This document shows, piece by piece, positions 60,726 through 64,000 of a stretch of 64,000 bases of DNA. Below the pieces are notes generated by a model that was not told where the DNA came from, did not search any database, and saw nothing but the letters and a program-made list of their open reading frames with translations. The stretch lies in NCBI GenBank assembly GCA_038087875.1, contig JAXLNO010003642.1:62001-126000 (forward strand). The letters run 5' to 3'. Source of the DNA: Malacoraja senta. Lineage: Eukaryota. The position numbers and the translations under genes are program-made. Within the stretch, counting starts at the first letter, position 1. Each line of letters starts with the position of its first letter.

Positions 60726-63597
60726 TCCCTTGCCAGGTTCTTCTTTAAAATAGCTACGAAGAAGATTTATTTTCCAGGAGGTGTATGATTTGCCTGAACA
60801 TTCTATTCCAGCTGTGAAGACAAGGTGAATGAATATTTTCCAGGTTGAGATATAGAGAGTTTTAGATCAGAAATGAATCAAAGGTAGCAGGAATAATGCA
60901 GTAAACTGATCGAAATCAGATTGGACATAATGTTATTGAATGATGCAGTCTGTTCAAGGGGGCTTACAGCTGATTATTAATCTTATTTTATATAAAACAT
61001 AAAAATGTTCATCTCAGGAAGAGGCCCTTTGGCCCACAATGTCTGTGGTGAACATGATGAGATGCTAAACTGATCCCATCCAACTGCAACATGATCCATA
61101 TCCCTCTATTTCCTGCAGATCAGTTTGTCAATCTAAAAGCCTCTCAAACATCATATACATATCTTGCCTGAGATAGACACAAAAAGCTGGAGAAACTCAC
61201 CGGATCTGACAGCATCTCTGGATACAAGACATAGGTGACATTTCGGGATGAGACCCTTGTTCAGACTCCAGAAATGCTGTTTGACCCGCTGAGTCACTCC
61301 AGCTTTTTGAGCCTATCTTTGGTTTAAACCTGCATCTGCAGTTCGTTCCTAGTTATTTTGCCACTTCTCTTTGTCACATACTGTAAGCTGCATTCCTTGT
61401 TCACATACCTGATGGTGTAGTGGAGAAGTAATTGCCTTTGCATTTAATGCTTCACTCAGTGCTTCAAGTATTTGATGGGCCAGTCAACAAGGATCTTTGT
61501 TTTCAATACGAACCATGCTCTACACCACAGCTTACATAATATTGCTTAGTTTAGTTGAGTTATACAGCATGGATGCAGAGCCTTCAGCTCATCGAGTTGA
61601 TACCAACCATCCAACACACCAGTTCTATGTTATCCCTCTTTCACATCTGCTTTCCATACACTAGAGCAATTTTACAAAGGCCAACTCACCTACAAACCTG
61701 TACATCATTGAGATGTGCGAGGAAACCGGAGTACCGGGAGAAATCCCACGTGGTCACAGGGAGCACATGCAAACTCCACATAGACAACATCCCAGTACCA
61801 TGTCCAGTGAATATTTATGGAACATGGTAACGTATGGGGGCTGTGTTTTGTTGACCTGACAGAGCACTGGGAACAATACTCATTATCGAAGATGTGGTGT
61901 AATAGCTGTGGAAGTGTTTTATGTGCAACAGACTGAGAATTTCATTGTATATCCACCAGTGTCATTTCTGAATTATGAGCATTTAATAAAATACTTTTGA
62001 ATGAGTTTTACCAAGACGTTAGCATGCTATATACTTGTTTTGTCATTGTTAATACTACAGACAGCTATTTACTCTATCATAAGTTCATAAGATCATAAGT
62101 GATAGGAACAGAATTAGGCCATTCGTCCCATCTACTTAGCTGTAAGGAGACACACTCTCTACAGTAACTTTCTCACATGACTGAACTTTGAGGATCAGTT
62201 TGCACATGGTATGTTTGAGAGCTAGTTCCATTTACTGGGAGACATCACAGCCTAGCCTGAACTAGACTGCATGCTACTCCATAGTTAAGGGCGAGAACAA
62301 GGCTTTTTGTCTGTCAGTCTGATATTGATTACAGTTGAATTCAGGAAACCCAATACCAAGCACAGCCTTTCACGAGGAAAAGCAAACAAATTGTGGCATT
62401 TACTTCAAGAAATACTCACTCTCCCTATTGGACAATGTTAATGAATTCTGTTTCAAACAATGAGTTCAAACCATGCTAAACAAGTCCAAAACATTCTTAA
62501 TGTAAACAAAGGAACTGCAGATGCTGGTTTAAGCCGAAGATAGACACAACATGTTGTAGTAACTCACAGGCACAGGCAGCATCTCTGGATGGAAGGAATG
62601 GGTGATGTTTTGGGTTGAGATCCATTGGGGGGAAAAATCCTCCTGGCCTATGTGTAAATCGCATGTCAATGAGAATGGAGATGTTGACTGTGAAATGTGA
62701 GTCAGTGGGATTTGGATGGAAATGTGAACTTATAAAATTTAAAAGTAGTCAGTTGGATCTGAACACATCTTGGTCTGAAGTAGGGTCTCGACCCACAATG
62801 TCACCCATTCCTTCTCTCTAGAGATGCTGCCTGTGAGTTACTCCAGCATTTTGTGTCTGTCTTCCGTGTAAACTGGCAGTTCCTTCCAGCACATTTGGTA
62901 TGTGAATCAGTATTGTGTGACTGGCTAATATTTTGAATGGGGGTGTTCTTCAGAATGGTGTTGGTGGGTGCATTTTTGAATGGGGTATGTGATTCAGAAT
63001 GGTGTGAATGGAGGAATTTTTGAACGGGGCATGTGATTCAAAATGGTGTGAACAGATCAAGCTTATCAATGACAGCTACATTTATGCAATTAATCTATAT
63101 TTATCATATCTAATTTTATAACATAAATATGAACTTCAAATTGAATTAATTACGTTCCACCCTGTTACTTGATCTTTTAGATAGTTGAGAAGATATTGAA
63201 AGAGTGCCTTGTTCACTCAAGACCCCAGGCAATAGTGGACAGTTTATCAGCAAACACTTGGCCCAGTGCCTGAGGTGCTCCAGTCACTAAGTGATGGAAA
63301 TGTATTTGTCATTCCACAAATCTCACATTGTGTAAGAGGTTGGGGCTGGAGTCTCAGCCCAACAGATCAGTCAGAAGAGGTACAGGTACAGAGGCAGGGT
63401 GAATGTGTGCTTTGTAGACTATCAAATACAGAATATTACAGGTCAGGAACTCACCCTTTGGCCCACAATGTACATGCCGAATGTAATGCCAAGATAAACT
63501 GACCTAGTCGAATGCAAACAGAAATTTTACATTCGATGAACTCTTTCACATCATACAACCCATCTCCAATGAAAATTATCTCCTTCCTTCCATGACT

Positions 63598-63900
63598 TTT
63601 AAACATAGAAACATAAGTGCAGGAGGAGGCCATTCGGCCCTTCGAGCCAGCACCGCCATTCATTATGATCATGGCTGATCATCCCCTATCAATAACCCAT
63701 GCCTGCCTTGTCCCCATATCCCTTGACTCCACTAGCCCCTAGAGCTCTATCTAACTCTCTCTTAAATCCATCCCATGATTTGGCCTCCACTGCCCTCTGT
63801 GGCAGGGAATTCCATAAATTCACAACTCTCTGGGTGAAAAAGATTTTTCTCACCTCAGTCTTAAATGACCTCCCCTTTATTCTAAGACTGTGGCCCCTGG
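63598..63900 (-). mobile_element. CR1 LINE 3-prime end
   Basis: Near-identical to 27125-27410. Confidence 0.88.
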
Positions 63901-64000
63901 TTTAGTTATGGAGTCATGGAGTGATACAGTTTTGGAACAGGCCCTTTGGCCCAACTTGTCCACAACGGCCAACATGTCCCAGCTACACTAGCCCCATCTG

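Overview
AT-rich, repeat-dense vertebrate genomic DNA. The repeat content (HE1/V-SINE-type tRNA SINEs, CR1, L1, Tx1, L2, Rex1 and Penelope-like fragments) points to a cartilaginous fish, probably a skate or ray (inference). Two host genes can be reconstructed by hand from splice sites. (1) An intact five-exon MHC class I heavy-chain gene on + (39330-39381, 47506-47766, 49514-49789, 50992-51264, 54446-54672; 1089 nt, 362 aa). It is clearly non-classical: most peptide-anchoring residues are lost, the predicted groove is hydrophobic, alpha2 has four extra Cys, and the stop codon comes from a CR1 LINE. (2) A SUN1/SUN2-like gene on - (12824-23698) with an in-frame TAA and no detectable last exon, probably a pseudogene. 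DNA transposons include a near-complete two-gene Harbinger element 540 bp past the MHC stop, an hAT with perfect TIRs and 8-bp TSD nested in a CR1, a decayed Tc1 and Harbinger MITEs. The first 11 kb holds degenerate direct duplications and an inverted duplication around a CpG island. Penelope-derived hammerhead-ribozyme cores lie in sense orientation in introns of both genes. All exon structures are inferred from sequence, not from transcripts.
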